Part shown: piece by piece, positions 48,312 through 57,429 of the stretch
Layout: each line of letters opens with the position of its first letter
How positions within the stretch are numbered: the first letter of the stretch is position 1
Virus record (IMG/VR): IMGVR_UViG_3300034061_005646
Location: 1,155-65,154 of that record
Reading direction: 5' to 3' (one strand)
Length of the DNA: 64,000 nt
Origin: a virus
Taxonomy: Duplodnaviria > Caudoviricetes
Notes under the pieces: model-generated
The model's database searches: none
Seen by the model: only the letters and a program-made list of their open reading frames with translations
What the model was told of the DNA's origin: nothing
Translations under genes and position numbers: made by a program

Positions 48312-48426
48312 CATATAACGCAAAGCTGGGCGAAGGCCGTAGGCTTATCGCTCAGCGACCGTTATACGAAGTTCCGTAGCCATTGCATTGGCCCAGAGCA
48401 GGAATTTCGTAATAGAAATAATAAAA

Positions 48427-48777
48427 ATGCAAATGAGTAACGAAACACAAGAGTTGAAGCTCGAATCTGAAGAAAAAAAATTTCAAGCCAAAATCTACAT
48501 TTTTAAAGGAAGAGGATTTCTATGTCCTCATTCACAACTTCAACCCGGTCAGGTAGTAATTGGAACACCCGATGGTGAGAATGTAGATCCACTGAAGAAA
48601 TATCGATTTGTTATTACCCTTGATGGTGAAACAGAGTCCGTATCAAAGTCAAGACTGCTTTTTGTAGCAAGCGTAAAGGTAAAATGGATGCGAAAACCAT
48701 TAACAACAGCTATGCAGGAAATGCAAGCTAGAATGGATGCAGCAATAGAAGAATTTAATAAATTCATCAAATCATAG
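48427..48777 (+). CDS. Hypothetical protein
   Basis: Part of ORF 48388..48777; ATG 48427 or 48433 preferred. Confidence 0.6.
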   Translation: MQMSNETQELKLESEEKKFQAKIYIFKGRGFLCPHSQLQPGQVVIGTPDGENVDPLKKYRFVITLDGETESVSKSRLLFVASVKVKWMRKPLTTAMQEMQARMDAAIEEFNKFIKS

Positions 48778-49053
48778 ATGAAACAACTAAGGCTTGACAT
48801 ATTTCCAAAACCACAAACACAAAAACAAATTCATTACTCTGAATTACCAATTGATCAAAAGATAAACCTTAAAGCAAATAGTGCAGGGTTTGCTTTATTA
48901 TGGATTAAATCATGCCTTTTTTGGAAAATAAAGTATGAAGGTTTTATTTATCGTGGAGACAAACATGATCATCTTTCTGAAAAATGGTTTTGGCACCACA
49001 AAGTCAATAACAAGCACAGAATAATAAATAAAGGAAGAATAGACTTAATATAG
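48778..49053 (+). CDS. Hypothetical protein
   Basis: 91-aa ORF adjacent to the upstream stop. Confidence 0.55.
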   Translation: MKQLRLDIFPKPQTQKQIHYSELPIDQKINLKANSAGFALLWIKSCLFWKIKYEGFIYRGDKHDHLSEKWFWHHKVNNKHRIINKGRIDLI

Positions 49054-49060
49054 TAAATCA

Positions 49061-49771
49061 ATGAAATACATTCATAAAAAAACCAAAGCGATTGCATATC
49101 AATCTGACCTAAATCCAGATACCTATGTCTTTATTATGCCGGATAAAAACATGTACGCTATACCAAGAGAAATAATAGAAATATCAAACGATTGGGAAGA
49201 ATATAACCATACACCAGAAAACATAAAACAGCTTATGGACGTCCCTTGCTTATCAATTAATGAAATAGCAATGGTTTATAAAACTGCCAATAGAGAACAT
49301 CACAAATCAGAATGGGGGTTGGATGATAATGCTAGAAAGCTTGTAAAAATGGTTCTAGAAAAGGTAATGGGAGAAAATATTGAAATAGGACTTGCTGAAG
49401 GAAAAATAACAACAGAGTCTTCAAAAACCGAATTGCCTTTATATCCAAAAATTATAACATTAAGGGAAAGACAAGACCACAGCTTTAAATATAGAGTACA
49501 AACTTTTGTAAAGCCTGATAGCGCACCAGAGGGAGTTTATTTATTGGTTGAAAGAATCACTATTCATAAACCAGCAGTAACAGCTTTGTTTTCAGAGGTG
49601 GTAGAAAAAGATAAAACGTCTTTTATATCAGAAGGTTGTCAAATCATTAATACAATATATGATGAACGAAAACCCGGCCCTTGGCTTTGTACAGAAACAT
49701 ACATAAAGCAACATGTCCAAAGACTAATCAACTTATCACAAAATAATAACTTTCAATTTCAAATTATATGA
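49061..49771 (+). CDS. Hypothetical protein
   Basis: 236-aa ORF in operon. Confidence 0.7.
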   Translation: MKYIHKKTKAIAYQSDLNPDTYVFIMPDKNMYAIPREIIEISNDWEEYNHTPENIKQLMDVPCLSINEIAMVYKTANREHHKSEWGLDDNARKLVKMVLEKVMGENIEIGLAEGKITTESSKTELPLYPKIITLRERQDHSFKYRVQTFVKPDSAPEGVYLLVERITIHKPAVTALFSEVVEKDKTSFISEGCQIINTIYDERKPGPWLCTETYIKQHVQRLINLSQNNNFQFQII

Positions 49772-50028
49772 AAGGCTTAATTCACAGAGAAGAAGGAAAA
49801 AAGATATTTACCTTTGTTTCGATTGAGGATTCAAAAAAAATGATAGAAGATGGATTCAAAGGACCTTTCTATGGAAGATACGCGCTCAATTCAATATTCA
49901 AAGATCCTGTTCTATTTGGCAGTTTTCCACACCCACTTGAAACCTTAAGAACATGGAAAGAGTTTCCTGAAGATGGTTGCATACCGCTTGCAACATTAGA
50001 TCAATACAACGAATTTTATAAAAAATGA
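49768..50028 (+). CDS. Hypothetical protein
   Basis: 86 aa; ATGA overlaps at both ends. Confidence 0.65.
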   Translation: MKGLIHREEGKKIFTFVSIEDSKKMIEDGFKGPFYGRYALNSIFKDPVLFGSFPHPLETLRTWKEFPEDGCIPLATLDQYNEFYKK

Positions 50029-50318
50029 AAAACAGCATTCAAAACTTCACCGAATTCGAATACACGGCAAAAGACCAGGACTCACTTGAAGTCATTACTG
50101 ATGTAGTTCTTATAAATGACGAATCAACAATTCCAATAGAAGATGTTATCAAGTCTTACATAAAAAGACACCCTATTATTTCCCTTAATGGAAATACATG
50201 GAGTTTGGAAGGGTATCAGCCAACAGGAAAAAGAATAGAAAAACAAGTAACATACACTGTTACAAGCCAAAGATCAGACGAGTTTGATAAAGTATATCCA
50301 ATAGTAGATGGCCTTTGA
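50025..50318 (+). CDS. Hypothetical protein
   Basis: 97-aa ORF in operon. Confidence 0.65.
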   Translation: MKNSIQNFTEFEYTAKDQDSLEVITDVVLINDESTIPIEDVIKSYIKRHPIISLNGNTWSLEGYQPTGKRIEKQVTYTVTSQRSDEFDKVYPIVDGL

Positions 50319-50592
50319 AAACCTTTACAAAACCTCTGAGAAACTTAGAGATTTGTATCTTAAACAAAAAGCGATTGAAGACAAAGCTTATGAGTCCAAT
50401 GATCCTACCGCTCGTGATGTTGCGAGAGCAGCACAACACAAAATGAGCGCATATTTGGATAGTATTATCATATTCTACGAAACAACGCTACAGCATGGCA
50501 AATTCGTAAGCCAGCGACATCATTGTAAAAGAATGATATTAGAAATGAATCAAGCCTTTGGAGAAGGCTATTTCAAAAACAAAAAGTTGTGA
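50308..50592 (+). CDS. Hypothetical protein
   Basis: 94-aa ORF in operon. Confidence 0.65.
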   Translation: MAFENLYKTSEKLRDLYLKQKAIEDKAYESNDPTARDVARAAQHKMSAYLDSIIIFYETTLQHGKFVSQRHHCKRMILEMNQAFGEGYFKNKKL

Positions 50593-51122
50593 AAATAAAC
50601 GTCATATCAGCATTTAAAACCTACGAAGAAGGCAAAGAAATGGCAAAAGCCATTAAGTACCCAGAAAAAGCAATTTATGAACATTATGAAACAGTATTAT
50701 ACAAAATGCTTAAAAATGTTCGATTAGGTGATGTACTTATACCAATACCAACAAAAAGGACATTTGAGTACACTAAACTATTATGTTTATGGGCATATCG
50801 TCAATTCAGAATAGACTTTGCATTTGCCATAAAAAAGCCTGAGCCTTATCCAAATTTTTGCGACATTAAACAAAAAGCAGATTTTAATATCAGTATGCTT
50901 CCTGATATCAAATTTGAGCTTGAGCCAGACATAAGCAAAACATCATTTCAAAATAAATCAGGAATTGTATTAATTGACAATGTTTACGATACAGGAAAAA
51001 CAGCTCAAGCAGCAATAGAGACACTTAGAAAAGTAACAGATTTGCCAATATCAATTTCAGTTATTGCTCCTGGCAAATATTATGAAAAAGGTATTGGTTA
51101 TAATATGTCTAACTTGACTTAG
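50589..51122 (+). CDS. Type I phosphoribosyltransferase-like protein
   Basis: LIPIP and PRPP-loop-like IVLIDNVYDTGKTAQAA. Confidence 0.7.
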   Translation: MKINVISAFKTYEEGKEMAKAIKYPEKAIYEHYETVLYKMLKNVRLGDVLIPIPTKRTFEYTKLLCLWAYRQFRIDFAFAIKKPEPYPNFCDIKQKADFNISMLPDIKFELEPDISKTSFQNKSGIVLIDNVYDTGKTAQAAIETLRKVTDLPISISVIAPGKYYEKGIGYNMSNLT

Positions 51123-51146
51123 TACAAAAACAACAGAAGAAAAATT

Positions 51147-51563
51147 ATGACAGATTTTAAACACACAACGGAGCCGTGGGTACTTGAAGAACGAGAATTA
51201 CAAATGAACATGGTATTTGTAATGTCAGAAACTACAAAAGCACAAATCACAGCCTTGCTAAATAGCCGAATAGGTAGAAAAGATGCCAAACGAATCATTG
51301 AATGCGTAAATGCCATGGCCGGTATTGAAAGTCCGCAAAAGTTGCGCGAAGCTTGGGATGCCGTAAAGCACTTGAAACTTTATAAATATCACAGAATAGA
51401 AAAAGAACACAAAAGAACACTAAAAAAAATAGGAAAAGCAAAAGCCGTTATTAATGGCTCATTAGACGGACTTGAGCTAGATAACACATTAGATGTTATA
51501 GAAAAGTCAACAGTCATATCAATACTTAGAAACCTAATAACAATTTTAGAAAATGACAATTGA
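51147..51563 (+). CDS. Hypothetical protein
   Basis: HT.EPW...DAKRIIECVNAMAGI motif seen in small phage proteins. Confidence 0.65.
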   Translation: MTDFKHTTEPWVLEERELQMNMVFVMSETTKAQITALLNSRIGRKDAKRIIECVNAMAGIESPQKLREAWDAVKHLKLYKYHRIEKEHKRTLKKIGKAKAVINGSLDGLELDNTLDVIEKSTVISILRNLITILENDN

Positions 51564-52047
51564 AGATTTTTATAAAGCAAATCGTTTTGCTGAAGTATTT
51601 TTGGTTTATAGACACAGATATGATAAAGCAGAACCTCCTTTACGTTTTAAAGATTTAGTGACTGAACATGCATTAGCAATTGAAAGAAACTACAATATAG
51701 CCCAAGAAATTCAGCAAAAAATCTTTGAAAGAGAAACCATACAAGAAGGAGATGCCATAACAATAAATGGAGTTATAAGAGGATTTGTTACAAATAATTT
51801 GTATCAAAACGAAACAGAAAATGCATTACAAGCATTTGGAGGTGTTCTTTCTATGAACCACCACAGAAACCCTTACGGTCAAGGATCTTATTCTGGTTTG
51901 TGTGGAGATCTATATAAATACAGAAAAGCAATAGATACAGAAATGCATATCAGAAGTACTGGGTGGTTTTGGGCTGATAATTCATCAGGAGGTGCAAGAG
52001 GGCTTGATTATGCATTTCAAGTTAAAATTTGGAAACTATATGTTTAA
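51553..52047 (+). CDS. Hypothetical protein (possibly DUF4121-like)
   Basis: C-terminal GWFW...GGARG..Y.F.V.IW pattern; family call is tentative. Confidence 0.45.
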   Translation: MTIEDFYKANRFAEVFLVYRHRYDKAEPPLRFKDLVTEHALAIERNYNIAQEIQQKIFERETIQEGDAITINGVIRGFVTNNLYQNETENALQAFGGVLSMNHHRNPYGQGSYSGLCGDLYKYRKAIDTEMHIRSTGWFWADNSSGGARGLDYAFQVKIWKLYV

Positions 52048-53992
52048 CGAAGAATTTTACCCAACCCCGCCCGAAATAGCCAAACGGATGTGGCAAAAAG
52101 CAAACTGTCACGGAAAAAACGTACTAGATCCATCATGCGGAAAAGGAGACCTTTTAGCTGACCTTAATGGCAATTATTGGTATACTTGGAGAGATGATGA
52201 TAATGATGAAAGAGGATTTTGGACAAGGGCTGAAAACAGATTTGGTATTGAAATAGAACCAGAGCTTCAGGCTATTGCAAAAGATAAAGGAGTCTCAATC
52301 ATAGGAAACGACTTTCTTACCACAGATATTGAAGTCAAAATAGATGTTATCTACATGAACCCTCCATTTAGTAATGGTGATGAACACTTGCTTCGTGCAT
52401 GGGATGTAATCGCTCCTGGAGGTGTTGTTGTTTGCTTATTGAACGAAGAAACAATAAATAACCCATATACTAAGCGTAGGGAACTCCTTAAATCCATTAT
52501 TGAAAAAAATGGTGAAGTAGAAAGATGGGGGGCCTGTTTTGCTGAATCTGAAAGACCAACCAACGTAAACGTTGCTTGCGTTAAGCTTGTAAAACCAGAT
52601 GATGAAAGACGGTTTGAATACAAAGCAGACGGGTTTCAAACAGAACAAAGAGCAAAGTTTCAGTCTGAAGAACTTGTTGAAACTGGAGGACTTGTAAAAT
52701 CAGATATGCTACTTGCACTAGAAAGGGCATATCATGAAGCAAAAACAGCATTTGGTGAATTACTTATAGCATTAAGCAAGGCTGAGTCGATTTCAAGAAA
52801 CTTCAAAGAAGATAATACTTACTCTTTGTTGAATGTAATAGACATCATAAAAGAAGCTAATACAAACGAACATCGCTATGAGATATTTACCAATAGATTA
52901 CGAGCACAGGCATGGAAATTTATCATTGACAAAACCAACCTTCGGAACATTGCTACATCACGACTTCGGAACGACCTTGATTCTTTCTTAAAAGAGCAAT
53001 CAAACATTGCTTTTACAAAAGAAAATATCATTGCTGTCATCGAAATGTTATACTTTAACCAAGGAGCATATATCCAAAAAGCCGTTTCTGATGTATTTGA
53101 CCAGCTTGTTTCCTATGATAAAGAGAATAAGGTACATTGGGAAGGTTGGAAGACAAATGATGCTTATAAAGTAAATTATAAGGTTATTATGCCTTATATC
53201 GTTGAATACGAAAAAGTTTACACTCACAGACCTTGGAGTTTTGCTTATCATGGTGGTGGTCGTAATTTCTTAAATGACATTGACATTGCTCTTTGTTTTG
53301 TGTCAGGAAGAAAACTAGAAGAGGTAAATACCCTTGAAGCTTCTATCAATAGACAGTTTGATGTAGCAAACCGACATAAAGATTTGGAAAGCACAAAAGG
53401 ATCTTCAACATTCTTTGAATTCCAATTCTATAAAAAGGGTACACTACACCTTTGGTTTAGGGATGAAGAAACATGGATGCGATTTAACTTAATGGCTGCT
53501 GCCGGTAAAGCATGGCTTCCACCAAATGACATCAAAGCGCAAGAGGCTGAAGAAAAACTGAGAATGAAAAAACAAAAGTTTTCTGATGCTGCATGGGTAA
53601 GAGTAGAAAAAGAAAAAGCAAAACGCGAAAAATGGCTTCGTTCTGTTGAAATAAACTTTTTTCCGGGTAATGAACGAGGCAATGAGCTTTGCAAAATACT
53701 GTCGACTGCGGGATTTATCAATGAAGTAGATAAAGAAGCAGCAAATTGGCTTACAACAAGAAGAAAAGCACTGTATCGAATCATGGACAATGTAGGCGAT
53801 ATTAGAATCTACAACAATGAAGATGATTGTATTGGTCGTGTATCGCTAACAACACCAGAAGGAAAAATAAAACCTATCAAAGAGGTTGCTCAAGATGTTA
53901 TTGACAACATCCTTGATGAAGAGCCTGAAGAAATCATTCAGCAAACAATAGAATTTTTAGACTCAAGTAAACAACAAACAACCCTATTTTAA
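52040..53992 (+). CDS. Amino (N6-adenine type) DNA methyltransferase with DUF4942-like domain
   Basis: FYPTP, motif I VLDPSCGKG, GIEIE, motif IV MNPPF, then EGWKTN.AYKVN.K.I and FYKKGTLH. Start MFNEEF at 52040. Confidence 0.85.
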   Translation: MFNEEFYPTPPEIAKRMWQKANCHGKNVLDPSCGKGDLLADLNGNYWYTWRDDDNDERGFWTRAENRFGIEIEPELQAIAKDKGVSIIGNDFLTTDIEVKIDVIYMNPPFSNGDEHLLRAWDVIAPGGVVVCLLNEETINNPYTKRRELLKSIIEKNGEVERWGACFAESERPTNVNVACVKLVKPDDERRFEYKADGFQTEQRAKFQSEELVETGGLVKSDMLLALERAYHEAKTAFGELLIALSKAESISRNFKEDNTYSLLNVIDIIKEANTNEHRYEIFTNRLRAQAWKFIIDKTNLRNIATSRLRNDLDSFLKEQSNIAFTKENIIAVIEMLYFNQGAYIQKAVSDVFDQLVSYDKENKVHWEGWKTNDAYKVNYKVIMPYIVEYEKVYTHRPWSFAYHGGGRNFLNDIDIALCFVSGRKLEEVNTLEASINRQFDVANRHKDLESTKGSSTFFEFQFYKKGTLHLWFRDEETWMRFNLMAAAGKAWLPPNDIKAQEAEEKLRMKKQKFSDAAWVRVEKEKAKREKWLRSVEINFFPGNERGNELCKILSTAGFINEVDKEAANWLTTRRKALYRIMDNVGDIRIYNNEDDCIGRVSLTTPEGKIKPIKEVAQDVIDNILDEEPEEIIQQTIEFLDSSKQQTTLF

Positions 53993-54195
53993 TGGCAAAA
54001 TTCAGAGTAAAAGTAAAGTACGAATTTGTAGTGAATTACGCAATTAAAGCGAATTCACAAGAAGAAGCAAACAGGTTTGCTTTAGACCATTGTGGTTTGG
54101 TATTAGGTGGAGATATCCATTCATCATTACCAAGCGAAGATGTAGATTGGGTGGCAAACGTGCACCCGGACAAATCAATATTTATAGATGAATAG
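53992..54195 (+). CDS. Hypothetical protein
   Basis: 67 aa; F.V.V......Y.IKANSQEEA motif; TAATG overlap. Confidence 0.65.
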   Translation: MAKFRVKVKYEFVVNYAIKANSQEEANRFALDHCGLVLGGDIHSSLPSEDVDWVANVHPDKSIFIDE

Positions 54196-54325
54196 AAAAA
54201 ACATAAAAGATCTGAAGAAAAATCTTTCCGGATGGTATGTTCTGTGGTCATACGAACATGGCAAAAACCTATTCTCTCAAACAAAAAAGGGAATGATAGA
54301 ACTGTTAAAAAAAAATAACAATTAG
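54188..54325 (+). CDS. Small hypothetical protein (45 aa)
   Basis: Hand translation MNRKNIKDLKKNLSGWYVLWSYEHGKNLFSQTKKGMIELLKKNNN; fills the gap in the operon. Confidence 0.45.
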   Translation: MNRKNIKDLKKNLSGWYVLWSYEHGKNLFSQTKKGMIELLKKNNN

Positions 54326-54336
54326 GTATATAAATT

Positions 54337-54567
54337 ATGTCAAACGGAAAACTAACGCGGGCAAAAGCCCTAAACATGGCCACACCAGAACAAACTATTC
54401 AGGAGTTTGTAAATGCTATGAAAACAGCAGGTGCAGAAATCGTATCAGTCAATCAAAGACCTGAAGATAAAGTGTACATTACCTACACAATAGAATGCTC
54501 ACCAAACGAGTTTGAAATGGAGCTTAAACCCTTAATTACTGAAATGAAACAATGGTTGGAGAAATAA
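54337..54567 (+). CDS. Hypothetical protein (paralogue A)
   Basis: 76 aa; shares AGA.I.S...YTI..S.NEFE with 55504..55746. Confidence 0.65.
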   Translation: MSNGKLTRAKALNMATPEQTIQEFVNAMKTAGAEIVSVNQRPEDKVYITYTIECSPNEFEMELKPLITEMKQWLEK

Positions 54568-54731
54568 AAGAGTTTACTTTTTACCTAATACACGACTTAG
54601 GTAAAGTGAGAATCAAAACAACCGGCACCGATAAAATGGATGCTGCACGGAAAATAGCAAAAGCTGAGAAATGTCCACTTTCAGCAATAGTATTTTTAAA
54701 AAAAAGAAAAAATGGAAAATCGGTTAGTTAG
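54552..54731 (+). CDS. Small hypothetical protein (59 aa)
   Basis: Hand translation MVGEIKEFTFYLIHDLGKVRIKTTGTDKMDAARKIAKAEKCPLSAIVF...; fills the gap in the operon. Confidence 0.5.
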   Translation: MVGEIKEFTFYLIHDLGKVRIKTTGTDKMDAARKIAKAEKCPLSAIVFLKKRKNGKSVS

Positions 54732-55161
54732 GTACAATCTTGTAAAAGAAGAAATCCAAGTTTTAACCCAAACAATTAGAACATCAAAAGATGCAGCAAC
54801 CTTGTTAAAAGACCTATATACCAAAGAAGGCGTAGGTACAGACATAGTTGAATCTTTTTTCATAATGACTTTAAATAGAAAAAACAAAGTAACTGGGTAT
54901 AAAAAGATATCTGAAGGATCGAGAAGCGGAACAATCGTAGACATTCCAATAGTGCTTAAATTTGCCGTTGACAGTCTTGCTCATGGGATCATTTTGGCTC
55001 ATAACCACCCATCAGGAGAATTATCTCCAAGCAATCAAGATAAAGAGCTTACAACCAAAATTATCAATGCCGGGAAATTTATGGATTTGAATGTATTAGA
55101 CCATATTATCCTTACAGAAAATAGCTATTACTCATTTGCAGACGAAGGAATTTTATCATGA
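54712..55161 (+). CDS. radC: RadC-like JAB-domain protein
   Basis: E.F....LNRKNKV, IILAHNHPSG...PS..D..LT, VLDHII, YYSFADEG. Confidence 0.9.
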   Translation: MENRLVRYNLVKEEIQVLTQTIRTSKDAATLLKDLYTKEGVGTDIVESFFIMTLNRKNKVTGYKKISEGSRSGTIVDIPIVLKFAVDSLAHGIILAHNHPSGELSPSNQDKELTTKIINAGKFMDLNVLDHIILTENSYYSFADEGILS

Positions 55162-55514
55162 ACAAAATAATCGAGCAAATAGCTGATCTCATTGAATATG
55201 ATGATTTAGCTGAAGATCAAAAACTCGAAGCTATCAAAGACATCATCAAAGATGTAAAAGATGCTGAGAAAAAAGAAAACCATGACATCATTGTCATATT
55301 AGACCACAACTACCAACTTGGTTACGTTTTACCTTCAAGAAAACCAAAATCAGATGAAGAACCTGAAGAATTGTATGAAAACATTCTCAGAGAAAATGGA
55401 AGAAAACCGTCTGAATGTAGCTGGATGGTAGTAAAAGGAAGTGAATTCTGTATTCACAATAGATCAAACTACGAAATAGAAATTTACGAAGAGGAAACAG
55501 AAAATGAAGAATGA
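55158..55514 (+). CDS. Hypothetical acidic protein
   Basis: 118-aa ORF in operon. Confidence 0.65.
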   Translation: MNKIIEQIADLIEYDDLAEDQKLEAIKDIIKDVKDAEKKENHDIIVILDHNYQLGYVLPSRKPKSDEEPEELYENILRENGRKPSECSWMVVKGSEFCIHNRSNYEIEIYEEETENEE

Positions 55515-55746
55515 TCCAAACGACATCGCAAAACCAGACAGAGTAAGAATTAAAACTGTCTATGAAATTGAACATGCCGAAGATTTAAGAAATGCTGAAG
55601 CAATTATGAGAAATGCAGGTGCAAAAATAGCAAGCACAGAGCCTTATTATGAAGATGAGTGCGCTGAAATTGTCTATACTATAGACATTTCCTATAACGA
55701 ATTTGAAAAGCGTTATGCGGAAGAATACGAAAAGGTTTACGGATGA
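55504..55746 (+). CDS. Hypothetical protein (paralogue B)
   Basis: 80 aa; shares a motif with 54337..54567. Confidence 0.65.
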   Translation: MKNDPNDIAKPDRVRIKTVYEIEHAEDLRNAEAIMRNAGAKIASTEPYYEDECAEIVYTIDISYNEFEKRYAEEYEKVYG

Positions 55747-56051
55747 GAATACTCACGTTTGAGTACTCAGAAAATTCATCTGGTGTCATTTACTCATGGG
55801 GAGCAACTAACTTCAAGACCAAAGAAGAAGCTATCGAAGCCATTAACAAAAAAGCCTACCCTGAGCTTAAAGTCATTAAAGAAGGATTTTCATGGGAAAC
55901 AAAAGCTGAAAAAGGCTTTACCAAAAAGATTATTCTTGTATCTGAAGAAACAATAGAAATGTTTAAGGCTGCATTGCCAAGCCTTAACGACCAACAAAGG
56001 TCCTTATACAAAAGGATAATAGAAATAATAGAAAAACAACCAATCATTTAA
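55743..56051 (+). CDS. Hypothetical protein
   Basis: 102 aa; ATGA overlap. Confidence 0.65.
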   Translation: MRILTFEYSENSSGVIYSWGATNFKTKEEAIEAINKKAYPELKVIKEGFSWETKAEKGFTKKIILVSEETIEMFKAALPSLNDQQRSLYKRIIEIIEKQPII

Positions 56052-56053
56052 TT

Positions 56054-56968
56054 ATGTCAGAAGTAACAGAATCAACAGTAATTGAGTCAAACTCAAACCA
56101 TGTATCACCTTTAACAGTTGCGGATCTTGGATTTCGCAATTTCATTAAAGACAAGCAAGGCAACATCATCGGATCTAACGGTGAAAAGTGTCAGCCTGCT
56201 ATCAGTATTCCATTTGAGCAATTTAACCGCTCATTAGAACCAGGAAGAAAGTCAAGGACAGTTCCTTACTCTGGCCATCAGATCCTTCACGGCATTCACA
56301 AAAGAATTGCCGAAAAGACAGGACAGGAATATCAATTTGGTCAGGTGTTTGTTTACCGCGATAGCATGAGCCATCCCGGATTTGTAAACAAGGCTACACC
56401 AGAAGCAAACCAAATCTTATTGCCAACCACAACCATTGACAACCTTGTATTTGAGCGTTTTATTGGTACTGTAGATCTTATCGGTAATGCTGATATGAAC
56501 CTTCGCCTTGCTGTAAAGTATGAGGAAGATAAGTTTGAAATGGCTTTAGGTACCAATGTAAAAGTTTGTGAAAACTTTAACATCTTCGGTGGTAAGCGTG
56601 AAATGACTCAACGAGGCATCACTTACGAGAAATTGATGGAAAACCTTGAAGAGTGGTTATCAGACGTAGAAGGTCAATTTAATCAGGATTTAAAAACAAT
56701 CGCTGAGCTTGCATCAAGACCTATTGACCGTCAAGAAGGCCATCGCCTTATCGGTGAAATGATGGAACGCTATCACGAACCAAAAGAAACAGTTATGCAA
56801 GTAACTGACATTACCCGCTTTGCTGAGAAATTCCACACAAAGCCGGTAAACAGCTTATGGGATTTTACCCAATTAGGTACCGAAGTTATTCGTTTTGACG
56901 ATAATTCAGGTAATGCTGTATTGGAGAATATCCAAAAATGGAATGATTTTGTCATTTCTAAAATATAA
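56054..56968 (+). CDS. DUF932/DUF3871-like protein
   Basis: 304 aa; G.NVKVCENF and SLWDF....TE motifs resemble this family; tentative. Confidence 0.5.
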   Translation: MSEVTESTVIESNSNHVSPLTVADLGFRNFIKDKQGNIIGSNGEKCQPAISIPFEQFNRSLEPGRKSRTVPYSGHQILHGIHKRIAEKTGQEYQFGQVFVYRDSMSHPGFVNKATPEANQILLPTTTIDNLVFERFIGTVDLIGNADMNLRLAVKYEEDKFEMALGTNVKVCENFNIFGGKREMTQRGITYEKLMENLEEWLSDVEGQFNQDLKTIAELASRPIDRQEGHRLIGEMMERYHEPKETVMQVTDITRFAEKFHTKPVNSLWDFTQLGTEVIRFDDNSGNAVLENIQKWNDFVISKI

Positions 56969-56984
56969 CATTACCAAATAGAAC

Positions 56985-57015
56985 AGGTAGGGGATTTTCC
57001 CCTACCTTAATTTTT
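56985..57015 (+). terminator. Intrinsic terminator-like hairpin
   Basis: AGGTAGGGGA-TTT-TCCCCTACCT followed by TAATTTTT. Confidence 0.65.
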
Positions 57016-57021
57016 ACCAAT

Positions 57022-57429
57022 ATGAGCGAAATCAAACCATTGTATGTGTATTCTGCTGAACAAGCAACAGATATGTTTATTATAGCTACACAAAAAGCGT
57101 TAAAACATATAGAAAATCCAAACTCCGAAAAGATTGCTGGAGAAATCTTAGGTACCTTCAGTATTCACGTTGCAAGGTTTCATCGCGTAAAAAAGTATTT
57201 TGGCAAGGGATTAGAGAACCAAAAGGTTTTAGGACCTTTAGATATTATCTGGCTGCACACAACCATGTGTATTGATGCAAGAATAGCTTTATATGCCAAA
57301 GGTGTATCAATTGATGAAATTGATACTTTTTTATATGTACAGCAAGGCATATACTTGCATGATATTATCAAAATAGATCCTGTACTCGAACAAGTAGACA
57401 AAGAACAAAATGGAAGACTACAAAATTAA
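57022..57429 (+). CDS. Hypothetical protein
   Basis: 135-aa ORF. Confidence 0.65.
   Translation: MSEIKPLYVYSAEQATDMFIIATQKALKHIENPNSEKIAGEILGTFSIHVARFHRVKKYFGKGLENQKVLGPLDIIWLHTTMCIDARIALYAKGVSIDEIDTFLYVQQGIYLHDIIKIDPVLEQVDKEQNGRLQN

Larger units (their letters stand above)
47762..48411 (+). mobile_element. Integron-like array of attC-type sites with two gene cassettes
   Basis: Cassette ends are mutually complementary (GTTAGCAGCAGTGC / GCATTGCTGCTAAC; GTTATATGC / GCATATAAC). Imperfect palindromes lie between AAC and GTT, and ORF stops abut the AAC-side boxes. Confidence 0.65.

Noticed and set aside
47762-48411. CRISPR array or simple terminators
   Set aside because: There are no identical direct repeats with regular spacers. 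The palindromes lack U tracts and show cross-unit complementarity instead.
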